From positions 69,938,001-70,002,000 of the forward strand of contig NC_087436.1 in the NCBI RefSeq assembly GCF_036321535.1: a DNA stretch of 64,000 nucleotides, given 5' to 3'. Positions within the stretch are counted from its first letter, which is position 1, and the number at the start of each line of letters is the position of its first letter. The notes under the pieces were generated by a model that saw only the letters and a list, made by a program, of their open reading frames with translations, had not been told where the DNA came from and searched no databases. Positions 23,335 through 36,330 of this stretch are shown piece after piece. Source of the stretch: Camelus dromedarius (taxonomy: Eukaryota). The position numbers and the translations under genes are program-made.

Positions 23335-23820
23335 AAAGTACAAAACATTACAGATCACCCAGAAAACTGTTCAAAAATCCTAAATGGGTCTCACTGGGCT
23401 AAAATCAAGGTGTCAGGAGGGCTGTGCTCTTCCTGGAGGCCCTAGGGGAGCATTCACTTCTTTGCCTTTTCTAGCTTCTAGGGGTGGCCTCAGTTCCAAG
23501 GCCCATGGTCTCTTCCTCCATCTTCAAAGTACATCACTCCAACCTCTGTTTCTATCATCACTTCTCTTTCTCTGCCTCCGCCTCCCTCTTTCACATTTAA
23601 GAACCCTTGTGATTACATTGTGCCCAAGTGGATAATTCAGGCTAATCTGCTTATAATAAGGTCAGCTGATTAGCAACCTAAATTTCATTTGCCATCTTGA
23701 TACCTACGGCATCACTCATATCTGGAATTTAATTCCCCCTCACCATGTAATAACACAAATAATCACAGGTTTCAGGGATTAAGGCATGAACTTCTGGAGG
23801 ACGGTAGTGTATTATTCTGC
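23335..23820. mobile_element. MLT1 (MaLR) LTR
   Basis: gggtctcactgggctaaaatcaaggtgtcag...aagaacccttgtgattacattg...cacaggtttcagggattaagg...tattattctgcc. Confidence 0.8.
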
Positions 23821-23834
23821 CTAAACAAATGGGT

Positions 23835-23922
23835 AAACGACAGGGATGCTGTTAAACAGCCTACGGTGCACAAGAGAGTCCCCACAAATGTCAGTGGTGT
23901 TGGGGTTGAAAAACCCTGATCT
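23835..23922. mobile_element. MER20-like DNA transposon end
   Basis: gggatgctgttaaaca...aaatgtcagtggtgttggggttgaaaaaccctg. Confidence 0.6.
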
Positions 23923-24943
23923 AAGTTGACAGATGAGTTATGTTGGGAAGGTTCTGGCTACAAGGGTACAAAGGGAACCCCTGGGGAGCTAGCAGTCTTT
24001 TGTATCTTGATCTGGGTTCCGGACACACAAGTGTATACACAGGTGACATGTATTCAAGATGCAACCTGTGTAAAGGTTATGATATACACACCTTACTGGA
24101 AGTATCTTATAACTCCTTAAAAAGGCCAACAATTATTAAGCTTATGATTTTAAGATAGGGAGGGAGGTAAATACTAGAAGAAACAGCTAAAGGAATTGGA
24201 AGCACTTGCCTCTGGAGAGCAGGACTGGGATACAAAGGGGAGGAACAGGGCCAGCCTTTCTTCCCCTACAGTCACAGTTGATCTATAAAAGTTAATCATT
24301 TTAAGAAAATGACAAAATGGGGAAAGAAAAGTTCTGTCTGAATCATTTGCCCTTGGAAATCTGAGAGCCTCACCTAACAGACAACTTGGTGCCACTGAAC
24401 TGAACTGAGGTAAACAGATGAGGCAGAGAAAACCTACGTAAGCCACCACCATCGGCAAAATTTGCTTCATTTAACATGTGCATGGTACTGCCAAACAGTA
24501 AGAACTTTAAAAATATTAACTCATTTAATCCTTAAAACTATTATTATCCCCCATTACACAGCCTAAAAGTGTCAGAGCCGGGATTTGAACTCAGGCAGTC
24601 ACATGTTTTATTGAAACTTTTGGCAGGCCTTAAACTTAATGAATATTAAAGCTGTGAAATGCCAACTTTCTACATTATTAATCCCAGACAAAACAATAAA
24701 GTTGAATGTCTCACATTTACTCATACTTAAACTTTCTCTCTTTTTCTGAATCTCACACACTTCGCACAAATAGCCATGAGATAAATAAGACCAGTTCATC
24801 TTTGTTTACATGTTTTTTTCATTCATAAAGATAATAACAGTAGTAGCCACACCTATAAATCTTTAGTGCTTGCTTCCATTCTGATGTAGTCTACACCTAA
24901 TGAGAGATAAATGGTGGCTGACCTCAGGTTCCAGTAGTTACTA

Positions 24944-26285
24944 AGGGCACATCCAGTTTTTGTGGGGCCTGAATCTTATGACATTTGGGTGGTCCTCTTA
25001 AGGAAAGGAATACAAAATTATAAATTCTAAATTATGCACAAGATTGCATATTTATTTAGAAAAATACAAGAAATCCCCACAAATTACAAATTTTAAAAAC
25101 TGACAAAATCCCCTCCAAAATTTTAATAATCAACCACCTAAGAGATGTCTATAATTCTTGTTATGCTACATTTTTTGTATAGTCTTCAATTACCACTTCA
25201 AATGAAATTATTTAATTACCTTTTTCTGTAAGAAGCAAAAAGTAATAGTAATTCAGCTTTCCCTTAGCATGGCTGATTAAAGTATCTTTATTATTGATAG
25301 TTTAGACCTTTCATTTAAGCTTTACAACTCATTATCGGCAATAGCATGTAAATTTTCTTAATTATTGCCAAATATTGGGATAGCTTACCAAGTTTCTTTC
25401 ATATATGAGCTGTAAGATTTCAGAGTATTGCAAGTTTTCTTATAAAAGTGACTTATCTTAAACACCTTTTGAAATCATGACAGTTTATTGAAAATGTCCT
25501 CAACTGTAATGATATGAGTTTTATAATATTTTTGACAATGTTAGCATTTCCTACGTATGCATAAAACCTGTGGCTCAAAACACAGATGTATTCACTGTTT
25601 GAATAGCTTGGTTTATGCACTATAAAAACAGAAAATCTGAATATTGTATTTCATGATATTCCTGAGATAGACAGATATATAATAGATGGCTGATAGATAG
25701 ATAGATAAGAGAGTTTATAATTATTTTTGCTGCATAATCAAGGCAAGAGTTTCCATTTGACCAGGCATCAATGAGAACTAAATCTTCTGTTTACAATTTC
25801 ACATATCTAATGAGTGAAGAAATTCGCACAGACACCTTCTGTACACTTCAAACTGTGTTTCTCTTCCTCTGTCCACTTTTCTTCTGGTGCTAGATACCTT
25901 AAGATATGTTCTTACTCTGATAGGACTTCTGTCCCTGCTCATTTATGTCACAATTTCAGGTAAGTTAGCACAACAGAATTATCTCTAGAAGCCTCTCTTG
26001 CACCAGGAAGGCTAGTAATAACTTAACTATACCTAAAAGTGATGTGACCCAAATAAATATATCCCATTATATCCAAACTAAATACATTCTCATCTCAACT
26101 TCCACATAACCTGTTCTCCAAAATGCCTGCAACGTCCTCTTCAATGCTACCTGTCACAAAAGGAAGTGAGACAACAGAGAAGTTGAAGAGGAAAAAGACA
26201 TCAGTCTTAACCAATCATGGTTAAATATTTTATTTCTACAAATATTGCAAAAGCATAGGACCATATCAGTACATTGATAGGTATT
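24944..26285. mobile_element. hAT-Tip100 (MER45/Zaphod-like) DNA transposon remnant
   Basis: Starts with MER45-like ccagtttttgtggggcctgaatcttat...aaggaaaggaatacaaaattataaat, followed by a long AT-rich internal part. Family and right boundary are uncertain. Confidence 0.45.
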
Positions 26286-26290
26286 ATCCT

Positions 26291-26692
26291 GTAACAGAGA
26301 AGCTGGCTCCATTTTTGATGTTTGACTATAGACAGCTTTTAAATCCCCAACCTCCCCCCCATCTACCCCATACCTAGACAACCAAGATAAGAAATCCAGT
26401 ATCCAGTGTGTGTGCCATGTCTTTTGGTGCCTTAGGGCAGTTCAAACTTCACAAACCCCAAACCCACTGTGAACTCTTCCTCAGACCCACCTCTCACTGT
26501 CATAAAGGCCTAACTCACCCTGCTTCCCTCAAGCCACCTGGACCATCTTGTACCTGCGCTGATCTCCCCAGAAAGTCCATGTTAAATGTCAGTGAAATTT
26601 GCATACTATCAGAAATGTCACTAATACTGAGGTCATTTTCCAGTATGTTAAACTTTGAGAATCCAGTGTGGTGGATTTGTAGGGAAGATAAC
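26291..26692 (+). mobile_element. Probable ERV1-class solo LTR
   Basis: Starts TGTAACAGAG...gctggctccatttttgatgtttgact, with a more C-rich body of about 400 bp. Confidence 0.5.
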
Positions 26693-29600
26693 TAATGCTT
26701 TGTAAACACACGCACCCAAGCACCCACTGCACTGACCATGACAGCAGGATGCCTGGGTTCCCAGGCAAAAGTGGACATCAAGGTCACAGTGAGAGACCAT
26801 CTGCAGACATATCATTCCCTGTCTGTGATACATCTCTCCAGCACTACCTTGCTTTGGTCTGTAATGCCGAATATCTGTTTCTCCTCTCCTTCATGAAATA
26901 ATATTCAGTACTCTTGACATTAATTTGAAAGTCTGACTCTGCTCTTTTGTATGTCTGGTTTTTGGGGATCAACCCTTGTTCTTGTCATCTGGTTACTATT
27001 ATTGCAAATTTGATCTCTATGTGCTGAATCCTAGTCTCTATCTTTCTGACCCCAGTTTGTCACCTGATCCAAACTCAATTTTGATCTTTACTTCAGTTTA
27101 TTGTTGTTGTTATTTTTAATTTTGTGCTGCATGTATTGATTGATTGATTTCTATGATTCACCATGCCAGCACATGAAGGGCAACATAGCAGACATAAGAG
27201 ACAAGTTAAAGGGAATCTAAAATGTGGCTCAAACCTATGCGACAAGTTGATGCCAAGATGCCAATGTCAGGGAGTCTAGCTGGATCACAATTACTTCATA
27301 TTCATTCAAGAAAGAGAGTTTGATTGTTTTTCAAAGAAATAATTAGAGGTCAAGACATCATCCATCAAATTCATTTTACTGGGGAAGCTCTATGGAATTA
27401 AAACTTTCCATATACACAGAAGCCATATATTGAATTCCTAACTGAGCTACACTTCTTAAACCTGTGTGTGCTGTTTATAGGAAAGACTAGAAGGAAAATA
27501 TGGTGTGTAATAGTCACCCTCACTACTGGGAGACCACATTAAATGCTAGATCACAATCACTTCCATCTTCTAAATACTGTTTTGAAGTAAAGAGAATACA
27601 GATACCTAATAGACAACTAAGCTTGCTTGTCTGAGATTTAAACCTCATCAATATTGCTCAAGGTTGCAAATAAACTGTAAGGCGTCTTTGTGAAAATAAA
27701 AAACTACTGCCCCTCCTACCAATCTAACATAACCCTACACAAGAGTTCAAGGTTTGATAAGCAGGAAGCAACTCTCACTTACCCCTATTTCTGGGCATCT
27801 TTGATCAGTGAATAACTTATACGACCATATTTGGCAGCCCTGATATTGTCAATAATGACCAGATAATGACTATGGCCTTCTCAATTCTTATATTATTAGT
27901 TTTGGCCATCACAGACTAAAATTGGTGAAGAGACAGGACATATCTAGGCTCTCCCCGTGTCTGTGAGTGCTCTGCTGAAGAAGAAAGGCATTCTCTTGTG
28001 CACCTACTAATGTAATTGCCTGAGCCATAGCTGAGACCACCGCTGTCAGGTACCCTTCTCTGCTTTTCCCAAGCCTCAGTCTTGGATTCTCAAAGGTCTG
28101 GAGACTAGGAACTTATCTCTGCTCTTCATCCACCATAAACAACACCTGAAAGGACGTGCAGTGAAAGGCGAAACACTTAGGTTCCTGCTCCAAATTAGTG
28201 ATTAATCCAAAGCCTAGAAAACACACACTGAATATCCCAACAGAGTAAATATGTTGAAAAGGCTCAAGTAGAGAGCAACCTGAAAGGCTTTCTGTCCCTC
28301 AGCTGTAAAACAAGCAAGTTGCTGCCATAGAACATAACAAAGGCTTCAGCTCTTACCCTAACAAGATGCTTCTGCTAAAACAGGAAACTGCTTCAACTAA
28401 GTGACAATATTTTATGAGCCTTAAAGATCAGTGTGCAAAAGTCCTGCTGAAAGAAACCAGTATATAATTTCAAGTGTCAAATCCCAAAGAATAAAGCATG
28501 CTAGAAAGCAAAAACTAATTGCCCAATTTATCCATGAAACATGGCAATTCAGATATTCTCACTTCTCATGGACACAGGTAATGTCAAATGTCTGCTAGGT
28601 TAATTGAAAGAGAAGGAATTAAAATATCAAATGAGTCTCTCATTGCTAAATACAAATTATCTCTCTAAGCTTCTGATGCACTCTCTTAAGGATATTAACC
28701 TAGAGACAAAAATCAGCTTTATGAATTTTTTTTAATCCCAGAAAACTCTATTGTTAACTCAACATAAAATTTCTCATCTCCCTACATGACCAAGCAATTA
28801 GATTATAAAAATCTTTTTGTTTATATGAATTTTAACTAATAGATAATAGATCTTAATTAAGAAGTACAAAAGATAATTCCATATCAATTTCTTAATTTGC
28901 AAAGTTTCTGTACCCAAGTTTTAGCAAACTGTAGAGTTATTTTAGAAGAAAAAGAAAACCTTTCATGTAGATACCCTTCCCTAGATTGGGAAACAAATCT
29001 AAGACACATGATACCAATGCCAAAAACAAAACACAATAAAGGGAAACAGACGTAAATATTGTTTTGTCATTACTAAACAGAGTATAAGTTCATACAAAAG
29101 AGAAGAAGAGAAACTAGAAGGAGTATCCTGTTGATGGATGGCTTCACAAGGGCATGAATCTGGGAAGCTTAAACTTTAAGAACAGGTAGATGTATATATA
29201 TATACATATATATATCTGAGTGTGTGTGTGTTGTATGTAGTTACCCCCTTTTTAGTAACTATAAAGCTCTCATGAAAATAGAAGAGAAAATATCACATTG
29301 GACCCATCACTGCTCCAGAAAGTAGTATTATGATAATAGATTATAAATCATAAATAGCTAAATATAAGCAAACAGAAAAGAGAAAGAGAAACACAACAAA
29401 CTATGACAGAGGACTAAACCACGGAGTACTAACAATAATCAAAGCTCAGAAAAATGAAAAGGAGAAAAAAACCCTACAATGCTGGTAACCTCATCAAGGA
29501 CAGCTCCATAAAGGAACAGAATTTGAGAAGCCTTGTTTTCACAGAAAAGTAGCTAAATATTATACGATAAGGTGGAGCAAAAAGAAAAGTGACAGAGTCC

Positions 29601-30403
29601 CAAGAGTGAAGTGAATGGTATGCATAAAAGTTATAAACAATTCTTACTTTATATGGACCTCTAATATTCCAAGTATTCCTCTACGTATTCTTAGAATATA
29701 GGAGAGTGGAATGACCAAGTCAACACTGACTGAAGTTAAATTTTCCATTTCTAAAATAAATTATATCTCTTTTGAAATATAAAATCAGGTTCAGCAAGCA
29801 GATATTAAGTGCCTGATTTACACAACATTCTATGTTGGAAGCTATGGCCAATATGAAGGAGAACAAGACACCAAACATGTCCCTAACTAAGTGGGCAAGT
29901 CAGACAGACATACACATTACTGTAATAAAAGGCATACTGAGGTAGGTTCAAAATGAGGCAGTACAATGGGATTTATAGAACAAACAAATAAAATAGGCTC
30001 CTACCACTAAGATTTTATAGATCACTGTCATTCCTTCAATCTTTTTATTATTCTTTTCCAATTTTCACATTATATCTGGGATAAAATGGGCATGATTAGA
30101 AAGGGTACTTTTTAAATTAAGACCATTAGACATTCTTAAGAAGTATAGACACCTCAGTGCTTTGAGACCCCGTGGCACACAGGTTACCAAAACCTCCAGA
30201 AAACTCGGGCATTTAGAAAAACCTGGCACATTGAATCGTAACACAACTGTTCCTCAGAAGGAAGACAAAGGACAACTGTCAAACACAGTAAATGACACCC
30301 ATCTATCCTTTTGTTTAAGCAGAACCCTTCAAACTAGTTACAACCTTCTCTTCCAGCACATTTGCTATCCCCAAAAAGAACCAAGTAGGAAAAAATTGCA
30401 GGT

Positions 30404-30555
30404 TATAAAAAACTATTTTTGCAGCACTGGTTCTTCTTACTTGTGTCCTTAGTCTTCACCTGCTCTCGGATCGGGAAGATGCTCAAACACAGTAACCGAC
30501 AAGAATCCACTTAACTGGTAATTTAACCATGGTGGTAAAGAAGGATGCTGCAAGG
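30404..30555 (+). promoter_or_regulatory. TATA box (TATAAAA, 30404-30410) and putative first exon of the mucin-like relic
   Basis: TATAAAA followed about 150 nt later by a perfect donor AGG|gtaagt (30556). Same geometry as exon 1 of PROL1 and MUC7. Confidence 0.55.
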
Positions 30556-31164
30556 GTAAGTACTAATAATTTTCAGCCTTTGAAAACAGACGCAGAGTTG
30601 GTTCTTTAAATTTTGAATTTTTCGGTTAATGAAAATTTTTCAGGCACTCTGATAGAATGAGCTTCTGATATGATTTCAATGAAAGTACAGTCAGTGATGC
30701 TGTTCTTATACCTTTGCAAAACATGTGGTAGGAAATAGGATAAGGAAAAGTATTCATCAAGCCCCATTTAAAAGTGCCAGGCCTATCTAATAGGCATTTC
30801 TAGACTTCCCTTCTAAACTGTATCAAATAACATTTACTCACTTGACCACAAGTTTAAATTAACTGAATGTCTTCATATAATGGCTGGATATTGTGATTCA
30901 TATTACTTTTATTCAGAAATGTAATTGCAGCATCTTTTTTTATAGTATGGTTAAAAGTAAATTTTTTAAAGCAACTGTGTGATTCCCTCTTATTGCCTTA
31001 TTCTAGCTCTGCAGTTTAATTAATTTCCCAAATAAGGGCATGGAACTAACAAAAAATAATACCATAGTAAAGAAGAGATGTTCCAAAAAGAAGAGCTTTC
31101 TTCTTTTCTTGTGGGATTTTTGGAGAAAAATTCATTATTTTTAGATTTACCACAACAGCATAAC

Positions 31165-31400
31165 ATAAAAACAGGAGCTTTGGAGTCAGAAAATCTTGTT
31201 TTCAAACCCCACTTTGTCACTCATTGCCTTTGAGATCTTGAACAAGTTGCTTAAACTTTTTCTGGACTTTTCTATCTGTGAAACGAAAACAATTTTATCT
31301 ACTTCCTTGAGTTGTTGCTAGAATTCAGTGAGCAATGTAAATAACACATTGCCCATTCCTTAGAGCAGCTCAGTAGATGGCAGCTACTCAGTAAATGGTA
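31165..31400 (+). mobile_element. MIR SINE
   Basis: gctttggagtcaga...cttgaacaagttgcttaaac...tatctgtgaaa...ctcagtaaatggtag. Confidence 0.7.
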
Positions 31401-31764
31401 GACCCGTTTTTTAGACTGGAGAGTGTTCTTAATGACATATTGCATTTAACTGGTGAGAAATCATCATCATTTCTCAAATCCTTTCTAACTCTCACATTTC
31501 ATGACTTCGTAAAATGGATTCTCAACACGCTGAAATATCTAACACTTGGTACTATACAGTATAGTAGGGGGCAGTTGTTACTTAAATAATACAAAATTCA
31601 CTAAATCCTAAGATATTTATATTCAGTGCTGAAATGCAGTTTGTAGCACTATTTAAATAATGATGAATATTCTGAAAATTCAAAATGGTTCAATATTACT
31701 ATTTCTCTTCTATACACTTAATCATTTTTAAAATTTTAAATTGACACAACGGCCACAACCCCAG

Positions 31765-33135
31765 TCACTAGATGACACATTAACATCTTACTCCGGCACA
31801 TTTGATGACACTACATTTGATTATCACCCTGACTTCACTTCTGTTGCTTCCTATACATCACATGCCACCACACAGCCCTCCACCTCTGAAGATGTCCCCT
31901 CAGCCACACCTACTGCTACCACAGGTGTTCCAGCTGCTCTTTCTACAACCACCTCTGCTTATACCATCACAGACACTCTTACCACCACACCTGCTACCCT
32001 AACCACTTCCACTCCTTCCAGCACCATTCAAGATGCCACCTCCACAGCTGTCACTCCAAATACAGTCACTGTCACTGCTGCCTCTGGTGTCATTAGTCAA
32101 TTGGCTTCATCTGCCTCACTTGAAGTAGCAGCATCCACAAGTATCACCTCTGCTGCCACTAACATGCTTGTCATGACCAGGGAGACTTCCTCCCCTGCTG
32201 CTTCTGTCATCACACAAGCTGCCGCCAGCATGTCTTCTCCTTTTAGCATCACAGCTACAGCCACAGCTACAGCCATCCTCGCCATCACATCCACTGAAGC
32301 CACCAGCACCTCCCTTGCCACCACAACCGCTGCTGTTCTTCACACCTCCCCCAGGCTACTGCTGTCACTCCTCCAGCCACCATCCTGCTCCTTCCACTGC
32401 TGGTACCTCAACCCCTACTACCACGACCACTTTGTCAGATTCCTCCATGTCTTCCAGCACTTCACCACCTTCCATCACATCTCCTGCCCCCAGTTTACCA
32501 GTCTCTGCTGTGACCACCATTGAAATCACTGTGAATCCTATTTCCACTACTTCATCTGACTGCTCTTTACCCCACTACCATAGAAGACACCACAACTGAC
32601 ACTGTACCCAGGACACTGCTCACTACAGATGATACAACAACAGTGGCCCCAGCACATTTGACAACACCACTATTGACTACAACCCTGACACCACTCCTAT
32701 TGCCTCAACCTCTTCAGCTCCTTCTACCACCTCAGAACTACTACCAATGGTCTCTCCAGCTCACCTGCTGCCACAACCATTTCTTCTCCCTCTTGCACTA
32801 CACAGTCTGTCTCTACAAGTTCTGCCACTGCCACATCAGCTCCTGCAACCACTGCATGTCTAACCACAGCAGTAGCTGCTGAGGTCACTAAAAAATCAAT
32901 TTCTTTCACCACACCTGGAGCACTTCCAGCTACATCTGCAAGTACCACATCTGTGGCCACCAACACCCCTGCTAGGACCCCTGGAGGTCCTACCACAGCT
33001 GCTTCCACACTGATTTCTACCACAACCACATCTGTCCCCTTCACCATCACAGCTTCCATCTCTACTTCCACTGTCACCTCCAACACCTCACCTCCTGCCA
33101 CAGTCACTATTGCCCCATCATTAGTCATTCATTAA
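31765..33135 (+). pseudogene. Frameshifted Thr/Ser/Ala-rich mucin-like exon (SCPP-locus mucin pseudogene, ~455 aa if repaired)
   Basis: PTS-type coding continues across frame switches near 32354, 32383, 32565, 32650 and 32735, ending at TAA 33133-33135. No intact signal-peptide exon found. Confidence 0.75.
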
Positions 33136-33510
33136 TCATGGAGTAGATAAAGGTAACCTTCACAAGGTCACATATAATGCTAAAATAAATTAAATACATT
33201 ACATAAGAGAAATTTTAATACAGAGTATATTATTCTTTGTCCTACAAATGTGTTTTTGAAAAGTTTTATGTAAGCTGATCATATTTAGTCAAATCACATT
33301 AAGAGCACTAAAAATGTTTGCTGTATGGTTATCTTTTAAATTATAATAAATACTTACAATAAGAAAAAATCACCTTTTGTTATATCTGCTGAGTAACTTT
33401 GAATTTTTATTCATGGCATTTGCTCAAACAATTATCAACGAGAGCATTTACCAAAGATAAATATTCATAAATTAATTTCTGAGGACTGTGACTGTTTACT
33501 TTTCACACAG

Positions 33511-33600
33511 CATATACAACAGCAGGAAGAACCAAAGAATTTACATCAAAGCCCATATAATTATTTAAGCATAATAAAGATCCACTTTAATGAACAGTGT
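33511..33600 (+). other. Putative terminal non-coding exon of the mucin-like relic
   Basis: Donor AAG|gtaacc at 33153, just after the stop. Acceptor tttacttttcacacag| at 33510. AATAAA at 33573-33578. Confidence 0.5.
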
Positions 33601-34249
33601 GTATTATAGCATTACCAAACAGAAGTAAAAGCCCACCACAGAGGAAAGAGCTAGAACAAAGAAAAATCTCTTCTTGACTTTCTCTAGCTAATAAAAATTT
33701 GACATGATTTCCTTCTTTCTGTTTGCTGTATGTAAAAGAATCTAAGAGCCCCTCAGTTTCACTTAAAGGATATATATGATAAATTGGGTGCAATGATTAG
33801 ATCTAGCCACAAATCTGAAATAAGCAATAAGATCCACCTCCAATACTTTCTTTACATGCTTATAACTCCTCATTCTGGGCATATATTTGACTAGAATGTA
33901 TGCCCACATACAATGTAACTCAAATGTAAGACACCAAAGTGGTTTTACTCCTTAGTAATTTAATCTGCTGCTTAAATATTCCACTTTTTCCTTCCTACCC
34001 ACCATGCTGCTTGTGTGTTTTAGGGGAGATGGAACCTCCATTCAATGCCATGTTCTTTTGCCCAGCCTTGTACATTTTGACCTTTGAAATGTGACCCCCG
34101 ATCACTGTCAGTTCAACAAAGGTATCCATACATGGTAATCAGTTTCTTTAATCCCCTAATGGTGGCAGCCTCATTTGCACGGTGACAGGGGAAAGCTTAA
34201 GTTAGGCCAGACGCAGGCATATTTAGAACGCTCACTCAGACTATCTCCA

Positions 34250-35022
34250 ACAAATGCTTCATGATGAAAGCCTGAATGTTTTCTCCTAAAATCGGGGGGG
34301 GGGGGGGGCATGGAGATCTGCTTTCACCACCTTTATGTAAGACTGCACTGAGATTCTACATAGTGTGATAAGACAAAAACCAAAATGCAACTGGAAAGGT
34401 GAAAAAAAAATCATCTATGTAGAAATCCCAAGTAATCTGCAAAAAAAGAAAAGGCATTAGAATTAATAAGTGAGTTTAGCAAGCTTGCAGGATACAAGTA
34501 AATTGTATCTCTATATACTAGGAATGAACAACTGAAATTAAAAGTACTATTTACAATAACAGCCAAAATACTACATACTTAGGAATAAATTAAACAGAGT
34601 AATTTGCAAGAGCTTTATACAGCAAACTATAAAACATTGCTATGGGTAATTCAACAAGATCCAAATAAGCAGGTACAGATACTACGTTTAGGAACTGGAT
34701 GGAAGACTCAGTGCAGTTAAGATTCAGTTCTCTCCAAAGTGGTCTACAGACTAAATGCAATCCCAATCAAAATCTCAGTATGACTTTTTTTTTAGAAATT
34801 GACAAGCTGAGTCTAAAATTTATATGGAAAGTCAAAGAAATTAGAACAGTCAAAACAATTTTGTTAAGGAAGAACAAAATTGGAGTACTTCCCAATTTAA
34901 GGTAATATAAAGCTATAGTAATCAACATGCTGTAGTATTGCTGTAAAAGACAGATATAAAGATCAATGGAACAGAACAGGCATTCCAGCAATAACCCACA
35001 CATAAATTGTAAATTGATCTTT
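34250..35022 (+). mobile_element. Old L1 ORF2 fragment
   Basis: Reverse-transcriptase-region remnants (agtgagtttagcaagcttgcaggatacaag; 'EIDKLSLKFIWK'). Confidence 0.8.
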
Positions 35023-36109
35023 GTAACGGTACTTGCCCTTGGTACCCCCAACTCCTCAACCATCTCAGTAGGCTGGATATTTAAGATCTGGTGTTCTGCT
35101 GCTGCCTTCCTGTTGGCCTCCATTTCCAAACATCACCTATTCCCTTCTGGATTTTGCATTACTGCCTCTCAACGGTCTGTCAGGACACTCCCCACTGGAA
35201 TGTAACCCTCTGTGCCAACTGCTTACCTGTTTTACACCTATTGTCTGTTGACAGTACCCTTTGAATGCCATCTTCTGCATGCTACACTTAGCTACTTCCA
35301 AGAAACTGCAGCTGGCTCCATCCCCAAGAAGCCTATCTCAGTGAATGTATCAGATCCAAATTCCCACACCTCATGACCTCTCCATCAAGCCACAGAAGTC
35401 AACCATGCCTAGACATGCCCTACGATACAATGGGACATGCCTCACCTCCCAATTATGTTCTCTGAAATTGAGTTCACTACACTGGTAATGCCCACGAAAT
35501 GTATTTAAGTTACTATCATTTAGAAAGTTCTGCCTTTAAAACATTGGTGCCAGTTACATTCTCCAATGACACACAATTCTCTTACTCTTACTCCCTAGTC
35601 TTATGGATCCCATAAGATTTTGCACCTAATAAGAACAAAGAGGAGTTTCTCCGAAATGCATCTGTAACCTCAGTGGACCTGTCTCAAGTCAACCTGGGGA
35701 GAGATGTGGCTTTTTTCAGTTCCTGCCTGTGCAGTGGTTCAAAATTCACTTTATCAGGTATAAATTAAAGGGGCTTAGTTTTTTGGCAAGCTCTATAAAA
35801 TATTGGTAATTTTATTTTTTCAACCTGAAAACAGTTTGTTATTCTTTTTCTGGTGCTATGGTTTTGCATATGTATCTCTGTGTCAACATCTTTAGACAGC
35901 TAGAAGTGTTTATGTACACCTGTGACAGTACTATGAGTTAATTTCCATAAACTTGAGTGGGAAGACAAATTCTGAAGTGGGTTCAAAACTGTATATGAAT
36001 TTCCCCTATTGGGAGAAACATGGATGTCACAAAAATCTCTACCTGTATAACACTGTAAATCTGCCTCCTTAATGCCATAATTCTGGAATGCTTGCATCTA
36101 ACAGTATCA

Positions 36110-36330
36110 CAGATAATAACAGCTAATACTTCTTGGGTATTTACTTTGTGCCAGATACTGCTAAACATGTAGCACTTATTAACACATTTAATCTTCACAA
36201 AACCCCATGAGCTGGATCCCATAATCATGTACATACATTACTAATGAGGAAACTAAATCTCAGAAGAGTTGAATAATTTATATAAGGTCATACAACTAGT
36301 AATTCAGAGAATGGAGACCAGACAATTGAA
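36110..36330 (-). mobile_element. MIR SINE
   Basis: atttactttgtgccagatactg...atttaatcttcacaaaacccc...atgaggaaactaaatctcaga...aaggtcatacaactagt. Confidence 0.7.

Noticed and set aside
30529..31460. Candidate start or signal exons for the relic mucin (ACCATGG at 30529 giving MVVKKDAAR; ATG 31395 before gtgaga; KKSFLLFLW-like stretch near 31090)
   Set aside because: None combines an acceptor, ATG, hydrophobic core and phase-0 donor. ATG 31395 lies at the end of a MIR.
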